Shown in pieces: positions 51,815-64,000 of a stretch of DNA of 64,000 nt. The notes beneath the pieces were generated by a model. It was not told the origin of the DNA, did not search any database, and saw nothing but the letters and a program-made list of their open reading frames with translations. Made by a program: the position numbers and the translations under genes. The stretch is from Felis catus (lineage: Eukaryota): positions 58,468,001 to 58,532,000 of the forward strand of contig NC_058368.1 in assembly GCF_018350175.1 (NCBI RefSeq). Reading direction: 5' to 3'. The stretch's first letter is position 1. Every line of letters begins with the position of its first letter.

Positions 51815-53004
51815 TGTTTATTACTCCTAAAATTCATTACCTTATATTTTTGAGGTTTGTGTCTCATGGCCTTGAATCCCAAACAGCTTTTTACCTCATT
51901 TTACCTTACAAATGTAACATTACAAAAATGTTTAAAATATCTTCAAAGTTAATCTCATTTATTAGTTTTAATAAGAAACAGAATGTCTAAAAGACATAGA
52001 GATATTTACATTTACATAAGTTTAATGCAGTGTTCATTTAACCTGCCTTGGGAAAGTGGTTCAGTTTTGTTTTATTTTAGTCTTTATCAGATTACTCTAG
52101 AATATGTGTAATAGGAAAATTTAATACTAAGCATGCATACATTAAAGTATTCAAATTATGCTGATATATAATCAGTCTGAATTGATAAATGGGTACTTTC
52201 TGGAAATGGATTATACATTTGGTAACCTTTAAATCTTTCTACCCATTAGCAGGCAATTTTCATTTCCCCTAAAGAAATCCCTCTAGGATCCTCTGTTCTC
52301 TTCCTGATGAGTGAAATGTATACACAATAACTGTAAAGCAAGAGTCTAAAATTAAATACCTGCTAGGACATTCAACTAACCCTAATGAGTTAAGTACGCC
52401 AGGTGAGGATTGCGTGAATCATGAAAAAAACATGTTTTTACTAAAAGGGGGATGCAATATTCAGTTCCAGGTGAGCTTTGGCTTTTAAAAATGCAAAACA
52501 GGATGACATAGAGAATGTCAAATATGTCAGTTTTTTCAAGGGAAACCGAAAATCTAGAGTGACCTTCAAGCTTGATTATACTGCTTAAAATTGACAAAGG
52601 AACTCACTCACATGAAAAAAAAAAATATATATGTGTGTGTATATAGATATATATACATAAATATTTAAATGGTGTTTGTGGCACTCCTTTCTCTCCATTA
52701 TGACCTTTTTGAAGAGCTTAAATGCTTTATATTCTATCCAAATAAATAGAGTTAAAGAATCACATGTTCAATCACATGTACAACTCTCTTACCTGTTCCA
52801 TTTAGTCTCTGTGGAGCTTAACTACAAATCTCAGGAATATAATATCTTTATAAACTGAGATCTAATAAAATGCACATGCCACCTGCAATATGTGTCCTTA
52901 TGTTCCCCACATATGTCTGATCAGGACAATCCACCTATGCTACTTATTTAAAATCTTTATTCAAAGGTCCCAGGGATTGATTCAATTAGTCTGAAAACCT
53001 ATCA

Positions 53005-53205
53005 CTCTCCAGCTCCAGCTAAATCCAGACCATGGTGTTTTTTGTAGTTTTAAAATACAATAAATACTCATCATCTTCCCTATTTTGTGTGGCCACTGTC
53101 TTATCTCAGTGGCAATGTGGAGTATTTGTGAAAGAGATTATATGGCCCACAGTGTGGAAAATATTTATTATCTGGCACTTTACAGAAAATGTTTGCTGAA
53201 CCCTG
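53005..53205 (-). mobile_element. MER58-like hAT-Charlie relic
   Basis: ATGGCCCACAG...AAAATATTTATTATCTGGCACTTTACAGAAAATGTTTGCTGAACCCTG terminus. Confidence 0.75.
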
Positions 53206-53315
53206 GTCTAGAGCAAGATCCAGAAATTTAAATATCTTAGGAAGATTCTTCCTAAGTGACTATTATAATCAAACTACTTTGACTTTTTCTATTTATTTTG
53301 TATGCCAAGTTATTT

Positions 53316-53514
53316 ATCACAGTGCTTTGAAACACTTAGGTTGCTATTGAATGATATGAGATAGATCAAATTTAAGAATACTTACCTATCAATGGTACTC
53401 TTTTAAGAAACTGATCACAGTGCTTTGAAACACTTAGGTTGCTATTGAATGATATGAGATAGATCAAATTTAAGAATACTTACCTATCAATGGTACTCTT
53501 TTAAGAAACTGATC
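53316..53514. repeat. Perfect 98-bp tandem duplication
   Basis: 53316-53413 is identical to 53414-53511, followed by ATC (the first 3 nt of the unit). Confidence 0.98.
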
Positions 53515-54089
53515 TTTTCCCTGTGAACTTTTAGGAGAATTCTATTAAAACAGTCTAGAATCTAAGTGTACTAAAATTAGTACTGAGTGTACTCATATCG
53601 TTTTGTTCATTTTCTATTTACACCCAGTTTTCAATGTATGAAGAACAATAGTGGAACAGGAGCAATTACCCTATGTTCATAAATGCAAAAGAGTACAATA
53701 GAAAATTTATATACATAGCTCAAAGTTTCAGTAATAGGCTTTAAAATCACTTATATATTTTTTTTTATTTTTACACGAATACATACATACATACCCAAAA
53801 ACCCACAATTGTAGGGAAAAGGAGGTAAGTAAAAAAATCACATTCCAGAAAAAGATATTTCAAAAGCATCATATTTTAAAATATAATTATCAGTAAAATT
53901 ATAGAATATAAAATTCAGATAACTCCTTAGTGTTTATTTTAAACTCCCATTCAATGAAAGGAATAGTTTCTATTTTCTATACTTTTTAAATTTTGTGATT
54001 TATTTTTCAATATTTTTACTCACATATTGGTTTAAGAAAAATTTACACAAGTTTTATTCAACTTTCCTTCCACAGAGTAACAAAATTAT

Positions 54090-54320
54090 AATAATGGCTA
54101 GCATGTACAAAGTCCATACTACGTGGTTGGCAGTTTTCTAAATTTTTCTCATGGCGCAATCCATTTATTAATAGCTTAGTAGATAGATTTTATTACTATA
54201 CTTATTTTACAGATTTGGTAATTAAAGTTTAGAAAAATTATTTTACTTACCCAGAGTGATAGCAATTAAGTTAGAATCAAGGAAGCTTGACATCAGAATG
54301 CAAGTTCTTAGATATTCTCC
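54090..54320 (-). mobile_element. MIR fragment
   Basis: TATTACTATACTTATTTTACAGAT...TTACTTACCCAGAGTGATAGC core-like text. Confidence 0.5.
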
Positions 54321-57300
54321 GTTGGTTTTTTGAATGAGAAATCTTCTGTTGAATCACTCTTCCTATCTCTTTAATCAGATTAGAATCTTGACCTGTTCTT
54401 AATAGTATCTGTAAATTCTATTTTCTGGGCCATGTCTATTCTTGCCCCTACTTACAACATTAAAATGGCTGGGTCTTACGTCAACCTCACTAAGATAGTA
54501 GTGCTTGTAAGTCTCTCAGGATCTTTGCGAGCTTAAGATAACAGAGAAAGTTGATTTTTTGGAGAATTCATAATTAAATGACTAAGGTAAATTACTTTAT
54601 ACATTCAGTAATACAAATGTATTTCTGTTAGTGGTATCTGCATACTCTGTAGAAGATATTTATGGTATTATGCTCAACATACACTAACCTTAGTTCGGGA
54701 ACTCTCCATCCAGATGGATACACAGAAGTCGCCATTACTGTGGCATGATTTTGGCCCTCGAGTTACAATTAATTAGTTTATATGTGAATATAAGACAAAA
54801 AACAGACCATTTAAAAGTTTTCTCCATTTATGATTTGGAATCTCAGTAAATGAATCAGAATATTTCTCTTAGTTAAAGCTTTAACATATAAATTTTGTTT
54901 GCTGATAGTGCCCATATTTTCTTACTTGAAGAAAAGGTGTAAAAACAATCAGTGAGGGAGAGAGAAAATGGCAGGGCGTTGGGGAAGAAAGAGAAGATCC
55001 AGCTACCTCATGCGAAGTTGTGGTTTCAGTTTTTCTTGAGGCCCTTGCAGTGTACAACTTAATTGTTCCTTAAGTTATCCAACATCCTTATAAGTAATAT
55101 AGTAGCAGACTAAATTTAGAATTCAAATATTTTGTCTTGTACTTCCCAAAAGAACTATCTATCCCTTTGAAAGAAGTGAATAAAAAAGAGTTCTATTAGC
55201 ACAACTTTGAAGAAAATAGAGTCCTCTACCTGTTGTTCTCTAGTTTTCTGTCCAAACCAAGATAGAGCTCTCCTTTCTCCCTACAGAATCTAAATAAAGG
55301 AAATAGAAATGCGAGAATGGGTTTGATTTCAGATAGCTTGTTTTGCTGTTCAAGTCAAATCTTAAAAAAGAAAAGAAAAGAAAGAAATTGTATCTGGGCC
55401 AGAGAAAATGTTAAGTATGCAATAATGCTCGAATATAACAATGATGCTTTAAGTATTAAAATCTAAAAACATCCTGTTCTTTCTGGGATTAAAGAATCTA
55501 CTTTTACTTTATATATATTTTGTTAGTCCCTCCCCCAACCAGGAACTCTAATAAACACAACAAACTACTCACCAATTTTATCATTTTATGTTCTTAATTT
55601 GTAGGGCTTGAGCCTCTCTTACACTAAGTGTTTAAGAATATGTTCCTTTTTCATAAGTAAAATTTTTAACTTACTAAATCCTTCAATTTGCTTTTTTAAA
55701 ATTCTTCTCTGAAGCAGTAGTATTTCAATTATGGCATTATCCAATGAAAATCCTAAACCTATCCTGAACAAATTGACTGAAAGAAATGTCTGAGATCCAT
55801 CAATATAATAATTTCATCTGAACATTACTTTGGCAGAGAGTCTTTTATCACGAGTCACGTCAATCAGTTTGAAAACTAGTGAGCTTCCTTGGCAGGTAAC
55901 CATTTGAGAATTATTTACGAACCACCAGTACTATTAGATGAAATAGTAAACCCTGAAAGTTCCCGAAAATGTAGGAAAACCTACCACACACAGTCTTAAT
56001 GGAAATTTCCTTTACTTCTCTCAGACCCATCTGAGAGTGGGACCAGCTGTACATATCTTTGAAGTATATAGTCTATGCAGTATTACACTTTTATCTTTAT
56101 GTACCACAGGAAGATTCAACTATTAAGACATGAAATGCCTTAAACAGTATATTCACTTAATAGCTACAGCTGTTTTTTTTTTATTTTGTCACTCAAAAAC
56201 AATTTTATATGAATATTGTCCTCACAAATTTTAAAGCATAAATATATGAATTTTATTGGCACTCAAATAATCTGAATAACTATTCAGTAATTATTTCTAA
56301 GGAATCAATAAAAATCAATGCTATGAAGGAGATAATTGTTGCACAAGAGGTGCTAATAAGATATTGAATGTTTCTATATTTCTATTGACATGTTAACACA
56401 TCTACTCAAAAATTGTGTGTCTGTCTGTTAAAAACAATTTGCTTAAGAACACATTGATGTTTCTTTTATTTAATTTTTTCTTCCTTTTTATTAGCCCCTT
56501 GGTTATTTTGCTATTGTTAATCAACTGTAACTTTTCAACCATCCAATAGAAAAATATGAATAAGACAACCTAAAAATGATCAGCCTCTAGTGATACCAAT
56601 TACAACACTTGGAACCAACTCAGTCTATGTGGTGTTTCAATATTTACAAGCAGTGACATTTGTTTGCATTTGTGAGCAAGACCTTTTACGGTAATCCTTG
56701 ATTGACAGTATTTACTATAGAAAGACTTAGAATTAAATGGATAAACACATCCAAAAGAGTCTGTCTTTGGCAAACCCCTAGATTAGGCTGTTTGTTAGAT
56801 TAGATGTTTGTCTAGGGCCACAATTTTCAATCACTGCTTTTTCCATAAACTGCTGTTAATCAACTCCTGTTGCTATCCCAGTGCAGCATATTTTAGGTAG
56901 CAGTCTCTCTCCCAGTAGGATTGATTCTGAGATTAAATGTGTTACATTTATTTAGCACTTACTATATGCCTAGGACTGCACTATACTATTACCTCATTTG
57001 ATTCTCACGCAATCCAACTGGTCAGTCATCTCTTTCCTTCTTTGGCCTCATATCCTTGAACCTTGAATCTTGTTTATTTGTATTATAACATGCTGGACTT
57101 CTTTTGAATCCTAGAATACACAGGCTTTTTGTGGCCTTAGCACTTCTCTCTGCTGGAATATTCTTACATCAGATTTCAGTGATTAAATATGCCTCTACAT
57201 AAAATGGTGCTCCTATACCTATCCCCTCCACTGTTACTTTACTTCATGCTTCACCCCACCACTATATGACATATATATGCATTTTTTATTATCTGTTTCA

Positions 57301-58359
57301 TCATTTTACTCATTTGAATAGAAGCACCAAGAAAGATAGGATATGATTTATTATCCTCTCATAAATCCTTGACGAAGAGGAGAAACCTGAGAGATACTAT
57401 TTTAAAATAATACAGAATGAATAAGTTAACATCTATCTGAGATGATCATAGTTGGGTAACCATTGTACAGAGTAAGGACTTGTGCTGTAGAGGAAAGGTT
57501 AATTTTTCCACATTCATGTAGCAAGTAAGTGGCAGAACTAAGAAATTAGACCCCAGGTCTGACACCAAATTTCCTATTGTTATTACTCTTTTTCTTGGCT
57601 GTGGGTTTACCCATTATCCTAAGGCAGTAAGCAAAGATTGAATGAGCCAGGAGAGTTTTTCTTATACTCACAAAGTAATGTATGAGAGAAGGATAGTACT
57701 TACTCCTGAGCTATCATCATATTTTACCTGGAATCATAATTTATTCAATTCTGTCTTTAATATATTTTTCCAAATTTTTAAAATATTAGTTTACTTAAAA
57801 ACATTTCAGCATGTGTAATGTTTATGTGTGTGCTTTTCAGGTTGAACTATAACCTAGGTGCTGATAACTGTCTAATCAAGGATGCATAGTCAGTGGTGAA
57901 CTTCTGGCATTGCATTAGAATGTTCACACTCCAGAGGCAGCACTCTGAGAAGCTCTCCTACTAGCATTTGTTCAACCTTTACTTACTGAATCTCTTAATA
58001 AATGTCACAAATATTTTTATAAGGGAAAATAATATCCATTATCTAGTATGATGCATATTAGTTATGGATAGTATTGGGAGCATTCTTTACCCTCTAATAT
58101 GTGACTATTTTATGAATGCAACCTTCCATGATTAAAAAAAAAAGTAGTGCTATTGTTTCGTCAAAAGCAAAGTACATGAAGCATTTTGGAAATTGAATGC
58201 ATTTGATGCCAGATTAATTTAATTTGGGACTTTATTCTTTGTTTTCTTCAAATCTTTGAGGCATCTCTTGGTAAACAATAAATTAATCTTCTCTTGCTTA
58301 TTGAAACTAATTGCAAAATTCTTATATGACTATTTGGCACATATATCTGACTACTTGGA

Positions 58360-58381
58360 TTTTCTTTTCTTTCTTCTTTCT

Positions 58382-58424
<43 letters not shown>
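58360..58424. repeat. (TTTC)n tetranucleotide microsatellite
   Basis: Direct reading. Confidence 0.97.
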
Positions 58425-58427
<3 letters not shown>

Positions 58428-60661
58428 TCTTTTTTTCTTGACAAATTCCAAAATGTCAGGATCTCCTGAGCACATGGTTGGGATAATGTAGCCAAAAGTG
58501 TTTTGTAAATTGCAAAATATAAGCAAATATTCATATACTAAGGAAAAAATACAAAGCTCTTTCTTTTTTCAGTTTCAAAATAAACTGTCAGGCAAGACAT
58601 TAAGAATATAAAAACTAGTACGGCTGAATTCCTCCTCTCAAGAACCAAAAATAAATAGCATATTATAGTACCATACAGTGATGCCTATCATAGAGTTTAA
58701 GCCCAAGATAAAATAGAAACACATACGAAGACCCCTGTAGTCTAAACTTTGGGAAATTTTTTAAAAGAGAAAAAAACAACTAAACAAACCTCACAAACCC
58801 TTTAAATCAAGACAGAGACAAACCTAAATTTGCTTGCCAAACATCATTTATAAATTGCAAAATTATCTTCTTGACTCCTACAAAATTTTTTTAAAGCCAA
58901 AAATGATGATTGGAGTGGTTACACATTAAAAGTTTATTTTATTTCTGTCTTTTCCAACTTAACTATTCAGCAAAGGATTTTACTTAGGGCATCCAGGGAT
59001 ATTACCTAGGGAAATCAATTTCTCAAATGTGTTTGCTTAGGCTCTTTAGAGTATGCCAGTTAATAAAAGTTGTGATTGCCAGAGCTCGGTGTTTTATTAT
59101 ATAAAAGCCTTTTTATCCATTCCTTTGGGTCAGCTTTATAATGATGAACTGAGCTTTTTCTTAGAAGCTCAACTGTCAAGTGGAGTTGGGTTAATTTAGA
59201 TTATATGAAAAGAAGCAGGTACTAGTAAATGGAATATAAAATTCTTAATGGATTCCAGAAATGGAATCAGCCTCTAGAAGGAGAAGAAGTGATATTGAGA
59301 AGAATAAGAATTAAAGTAGAACGACAGGTGATTTATCCTGCCTTTTGGGGCAAGGTGTCCTGCATTCAGGTAAATTACCCCAACGCGTAACACAAGATGT
59401 TCTCCTGATATGTGCTTCTTCTTAATACATTTGCACCATAAAGATTATTTTAAATTATACTTTAAAGATGACCCAAAGCAAACTAGGAACATGACACTTC
59501 TTAAATTATTGTTATATCTGAGGTGGAGATGAAGAACCTGAAAAATAAATTTAATCATTATAGCACTTTGACCACATATTTCAAAAAAGTCAGTCATTTG
59601 TGCTCAAGTAGTTAGGTTTTCTTCATTCCTTTAGTTTTCTCAGAAATAAGGAATTTGAAGGAGACACTAAATATTTGCACACTTTTGATAGAATTAGACT
59701 CCACTTAATTTGAGCCTAATATTAACGTATATGACTGTGTATACATTAGAGTCAAGAGATAGACTAAAGCAACACTTAGATTGTCAGTGACAGCAGTTTA
59801 AATTATGCAAATGACCACAAAAGCATCCTGGCAGCTGACAGTAAAGGAGGAGATAATGAAATGTCTGGACACAAACTTGCAGCTGAGAATAAGCCTACTC
59901 AGTTGAGGTTAATGGACTCTGGGACTTGCATCCACATGTTTCTTTGCCAGCTCTTAGAAGCTCTTCAGCACTCCTGCAGTGTTGATGTAAATATGAAGAG
60001 CCATAAAGTAAACAATAGCTCTTCTGCTTAGAAAATGTAAAAGTGGTAAGGATTAGTTGAATTATTTACAATCTTTAAACTACCTTAGGAAGCATCTGAT
60101 TCTTAGTCCTTCTTTTAGAGAGAAAGTTGGCAAGACTAAATGATTTAACTAAAGTCATACATCTAGTTGATTGCTGAGTATTAATAACAAGGGCGTCCTC
60201 ATTCTTTTTGTCATGATGCTAATAGGCATTGTGAGCATCTATGCCATAGTATCAACTGAAACATGTAACCATAATTTAGGAACTGTGGTGGAGAAGAGAA
60301 GGGTTTATGTAATGTTTATTATTTTTCTGCAACACAAACATTGAAAAATTGAAATAATGCTGATTCTATGTATATGTTAATTTGTTTACAGATTCTAAGC
60401 AAACTCTTTAACATCTTTCCTTCTCTAAATTTTTCTTTCCCCCCTCACAGAGACATTCTAAGTGTATATTGGTGGGTTCAGGGAATATTTATAAACATAA
60501 AAGATGATTAAGTTTGCACAAAAATAAATGATTAAACGTCAAGACTGCAAAAATATATTTTCTAAATGGAACATTAATCCATGGAGTTGATGAGATTAAT
60601 CAACAAACATACATAAAAAGGATCCAAGATGAACATCAATTTTAAAATAAAATGAGGAGAA

Positions 60662-60895
60662 GGAGTACCTGGCTGGCTCAGTGGGTTAAGCGTCCGACTT
60701 CAGCTTAGGTCATGATCTTGCAATTTGTGAGTTCCAGCCCTGCAAAGGGCTCTGTTCTGACAGCTTAGAGTCTGGAGCCTGTTTCAGATTTCGTTTCTCC
60801 CTCTCTCTCTCTCTCTCTCTGCCCCTCCCCCACTCACGTTCTGTCTCTCTCTCTCTCTCTCCCTCAAAAATAAACATTAAAATATTTGAAAAAAA
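60662..60895 (+). mobile_element. CanSINE
   Basis: GGAGTACCTGGCTGGCTCAGTGGGTTAAGCG head, (CT)n segment, tail. Degenerate TSD AAAATAAA(A)TGAG. Confidence 0.94.
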
Positions 60896-60904
60896 ATAAA
60901 TGAG

Positions 60905-61900
60905 AAATAACAATGACATTGAAAGAAAGTGAAATTATGCATGTGGACAGAAATGTAGGGAATTACCGGGGAGTGTAAAGGAGTGGAAGATAAAAGAGGA
61001 AGGTATTTCAAGGAAGAGAGAGTTGTCCATAGTTTCAGATGAGGAACAAAAATGCAATGAGAGTCATAAAGGGTACATTGTAAATAGTAACAAAACAGTA
61101 GTGCTGTGTTATTTTTTTCCATGGTTATCAGAGAAATTTTAGTGAAGTTTTCTGATGATTATTGAAGAAATAAAGCTGATTGAAACCAGATTTGGTGTGT
61201 TGAGGAATAAAGGGATTACTGATAGATAGCAGAGTAAGCTTATTTTCAAGAGAGTCCCTTATGACATGGAGGGGAGATGAATTGCATAGCTGAAGGAGAG
61301 GATGGGTCTGGAGGGATGCATGGTTCCAGAAAGAAGTTTTTTTTTTATTTCTTATTTTGTTCCAAAATGGGTAAACTTGAACACAGTTAAATGCTGCATG
61401 AGAAAACACAGTAGAAAAAAAGTGGTTAGAGAGGTTATATTGTACAGGTAATAAAACATTGGTGGGGGGGAGAAATTCAGTGTTTTGAGAAAATAATGCC
61501 AGTCGTATGTCAGGAAATGGTCTTGACATACAAAAACTTACTCTCATGTATAGAGGGCACAAATTAGGAAATGATTTGTGTATACTGAAAAAGATACAGT
61601 GGTTGAGAGGGGGAAATGCCAAGCAATTAAGGTCTATTAGTTTCTATTTTGTCTGTGAAGTGGAAAAGGAGATTATGATCGAGAGTGATGGGATGATCCC
61701 CCAAGGAACTTTAAAAATAAAGTGGAAGGGCTTTAAATATCCACTGCCCAGGAAGCAGAGTGCATTGACTAAGGATACATTGAAGGACTGACTGAAGGCT
61801 GAAGAATAAGAATTAATAGTGTTACTGGGAGGCAGAACTATAGCATTTTTCAAGTAATTCTTCCTAGGTGGATGAATGAGCTAAAGAAGCAAATATCTGA
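60905..61900 (-). mobile_element. L2 fragment including a decayed RT region
   Basis: Purine-rich plus strand typical of antisense L2. Minus-strand peptide ...DSLENKL...QHTKSGFNQ...KTSLK weakly resembles the L2 RT motif QSGF...TETALxK. Confidence 0.5.
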
Positions 61901-64000
61901 CCTAATTCTAGGTGTGTTTTTCCTTGTGTGGGCACAACAGAACAATAATGATACAAAGAGTTGAAAACATAAAAATTGTGGATCATGAAATATATACTGG
62001 ATAGGCAAATAAATGAGAAGGGACCAGGATACTTAATGTACTTTAATGCTGTCACAATGAAAAAACAATAATAAACACCAAATAGCATGGCAGTAACACT
62101 CCTTCAAAAAAAAAAATGGTTTACTCTGTACAGGATAACATCACTAGTGTTGGCTTAATTTTAGCAACAATCTCTTCCACTTTTGATATTTGGTTTTGAA
62201 AGCTCTTATTTCTGTATTAACTGTATTTCTGTTTTTACTCATCTTTGCAATTCACAATTTTAATATTTATTGAGGGACACTTTCTACCACCAAATGGATC
62301 AGATATTTAATAAATATTTAATAATAATAATAATTTAATAATAATATTAGAAATATTATTAGAAATATTAGAAATATTAAAATTCCTAAATCAACCCTTT
62401 GATATTTTACCTTGTTGATAAATCAATAAGTGTCTTCTTTGCTGGCATACCCTTATGATAGCCTGGTAGGTCTGAGTAAGATATATAAGCTGTAATAGTT
62501 CATTTTCACTTGAAAGTTTTTCACTTGATAACAGAGAGCTTAACTCAGTGAAAGAAAATCACTAACAGTGCATGTTTTCTAATATTCATTTCAGTAGCTT
62601 TAGTACAATTTATTAACTCTCATATTTATAATACTTTTCAACATTTTAATATAAATTATAAGTGCTGTGAAGACAAGGATCTCAGCTAGCGTATATACAG
62701 TCTGTCTGGCATATAATCCAGTCAGCACTTGATAAATTTATTGAAAATTAAACCTTTTTACAATTACTGGATTCCCATTATATTCAGGCCTTGCTAATAC
62801 CATAGTGATTTCAACTTACTGTAAACTTTTCAGTTCTTGAATCAGAAACAAAGTTTCAAATGTGATTTTTCCCTAAGTTACCAATTTAAAGGCACAGACT
62901 ATAACAACCTTCAAAAATTTCTTAGTAAAATCTTGACAAAAGAATGTGGCAAAGAAGAGTGCTATTCATGCAGAGAGCTGAGGACACGTCAAGATTTCGA
63001 TAGAATAGGTATGAAAGATGGAACTTGTATTAGTATGGTTCAGAAAAGAAAACTTACGAAATACACTGGCAATTCAAAAAAGTAAAACAAATACGTATTA
63101 AATAATGATCTGATTGTTCATTACTAAGGTGGGGACAACTATGAATCTTACCTTTGTACCAGAGATGAGTAACAAAATCTACATTCATGTAGATACGGTT
63201 TACTTATGAATTGCTGGAGTAGTAAATATTTTGTCAGGTTATCAGTTAAACCATGTCTAAGTGCCTGAGTATAAAACCTGGAGATGGTGGTGGATGATCC
63301 CCAATCTATGGCCCTTTTGTCTCTGGAAAATTGGAGAGATATGAATTGTCAGTTCTGAGTTTTGCCAAATAAAGTAGAACCTAAGAAGAAGGAAAAAAAA
63401 ACACATAAGTAATTATTTTTACATTACTACAGGACATTATTCTTTTTTTTTTTTTATTCTATGATATTCAAAGCAGATATTTTCCTGCAGAGTATCATTT
63501 GTAAAAAGGATTTTAAAAGTTCATTACAATTTGGCCCATTTCTGCTGTACCTTCACAATGAAGCATATCTAGAACTTTTGTACTTTTTGTCATTTCTGAT
63601 ATCAGAAAATGAAATCATGATTTGTCACTTTTCTAGTCCATTTTCAACAACAAAATATAAGTTATAACCACAAATGACAATTTGAACTTTGATGTTCAAC
63701 AATGTGAGCTGTATGTTCACATACATATGAGCTCTATGTTCACATTTGATGAACAATGTGATGGAAGAGAACCACACTATTTTTGGGTCTTTTTTTCATT
63801 TTCTTGACTTTAGAATCAAAATACATCTTACTGAACTTTTAGATCTATAGAAAGGGCTTTTTTTTTTTGTCAACCCACTATGCATTTATGAAAAATAAAA
63901 TTTAGACTTATTTATCCAAACCCTGGAGTTACAACATATGCAATTTTAGTAAACATGTAAATTTATTAACCCTCTGATAAACATAGTTTTTAATCAGAAC

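Noticed and set aside
61128..61622. 164-aa minus-strand ORF
   Set aside because: Lies in decayed L2-like sequence and is at best an RT remnant, not a host gene.
1..64000. Inferring a host gene strand from L1/LTR orientation bias
   Set aside because: There are too few elements and their orientations are mixed. No coding exon anchors a gene.

Overview
This is AT-rich mammalian DNA, almost certainly from a cat or related felid, judged from felid-type tRNA-derived CanSINEs and carnivore-type LINE-1. I see no host protein-coding exon, RNA gene or CRISPR array. The only genuine protein-like ORFs are broken LINE-1 ORF1/ORF2 fragments plus faint Tigger and L2 remnants. The window holds one near full-length but inactivated L1 (4677-10607, minus). 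It also holds a 5'-truncated L1 nested in a MER31/MER67-like ERV1 solo LTR and an 826-bp solo LTR with a 6-bp TSD (class II/ERVK-like). There are 18 CanSINEs, 7 of them within about 4.2 kb, plus DNA-transposon relics (Tigger2-type, MER82, MER58), MLT1, L2, MIR and old L1M fragments, and several microsatellites. The most notable local structures are re-use of one L1-endonuclease target by two SINEs, a short inverted L1 3'UTR insertion forming a hairpin inside a SINE tail, a perfect 98-bp tandem duplication, a possible ORF0-like antisense ORF in the L1 5'UTR, and motif-rich unique segments that may be enhancers or non-coding exons. I found no convincing evidence for a new biological system. Repeat family names come from recalled consensus sequences and need RepeatMasker/Dfam confirmation.
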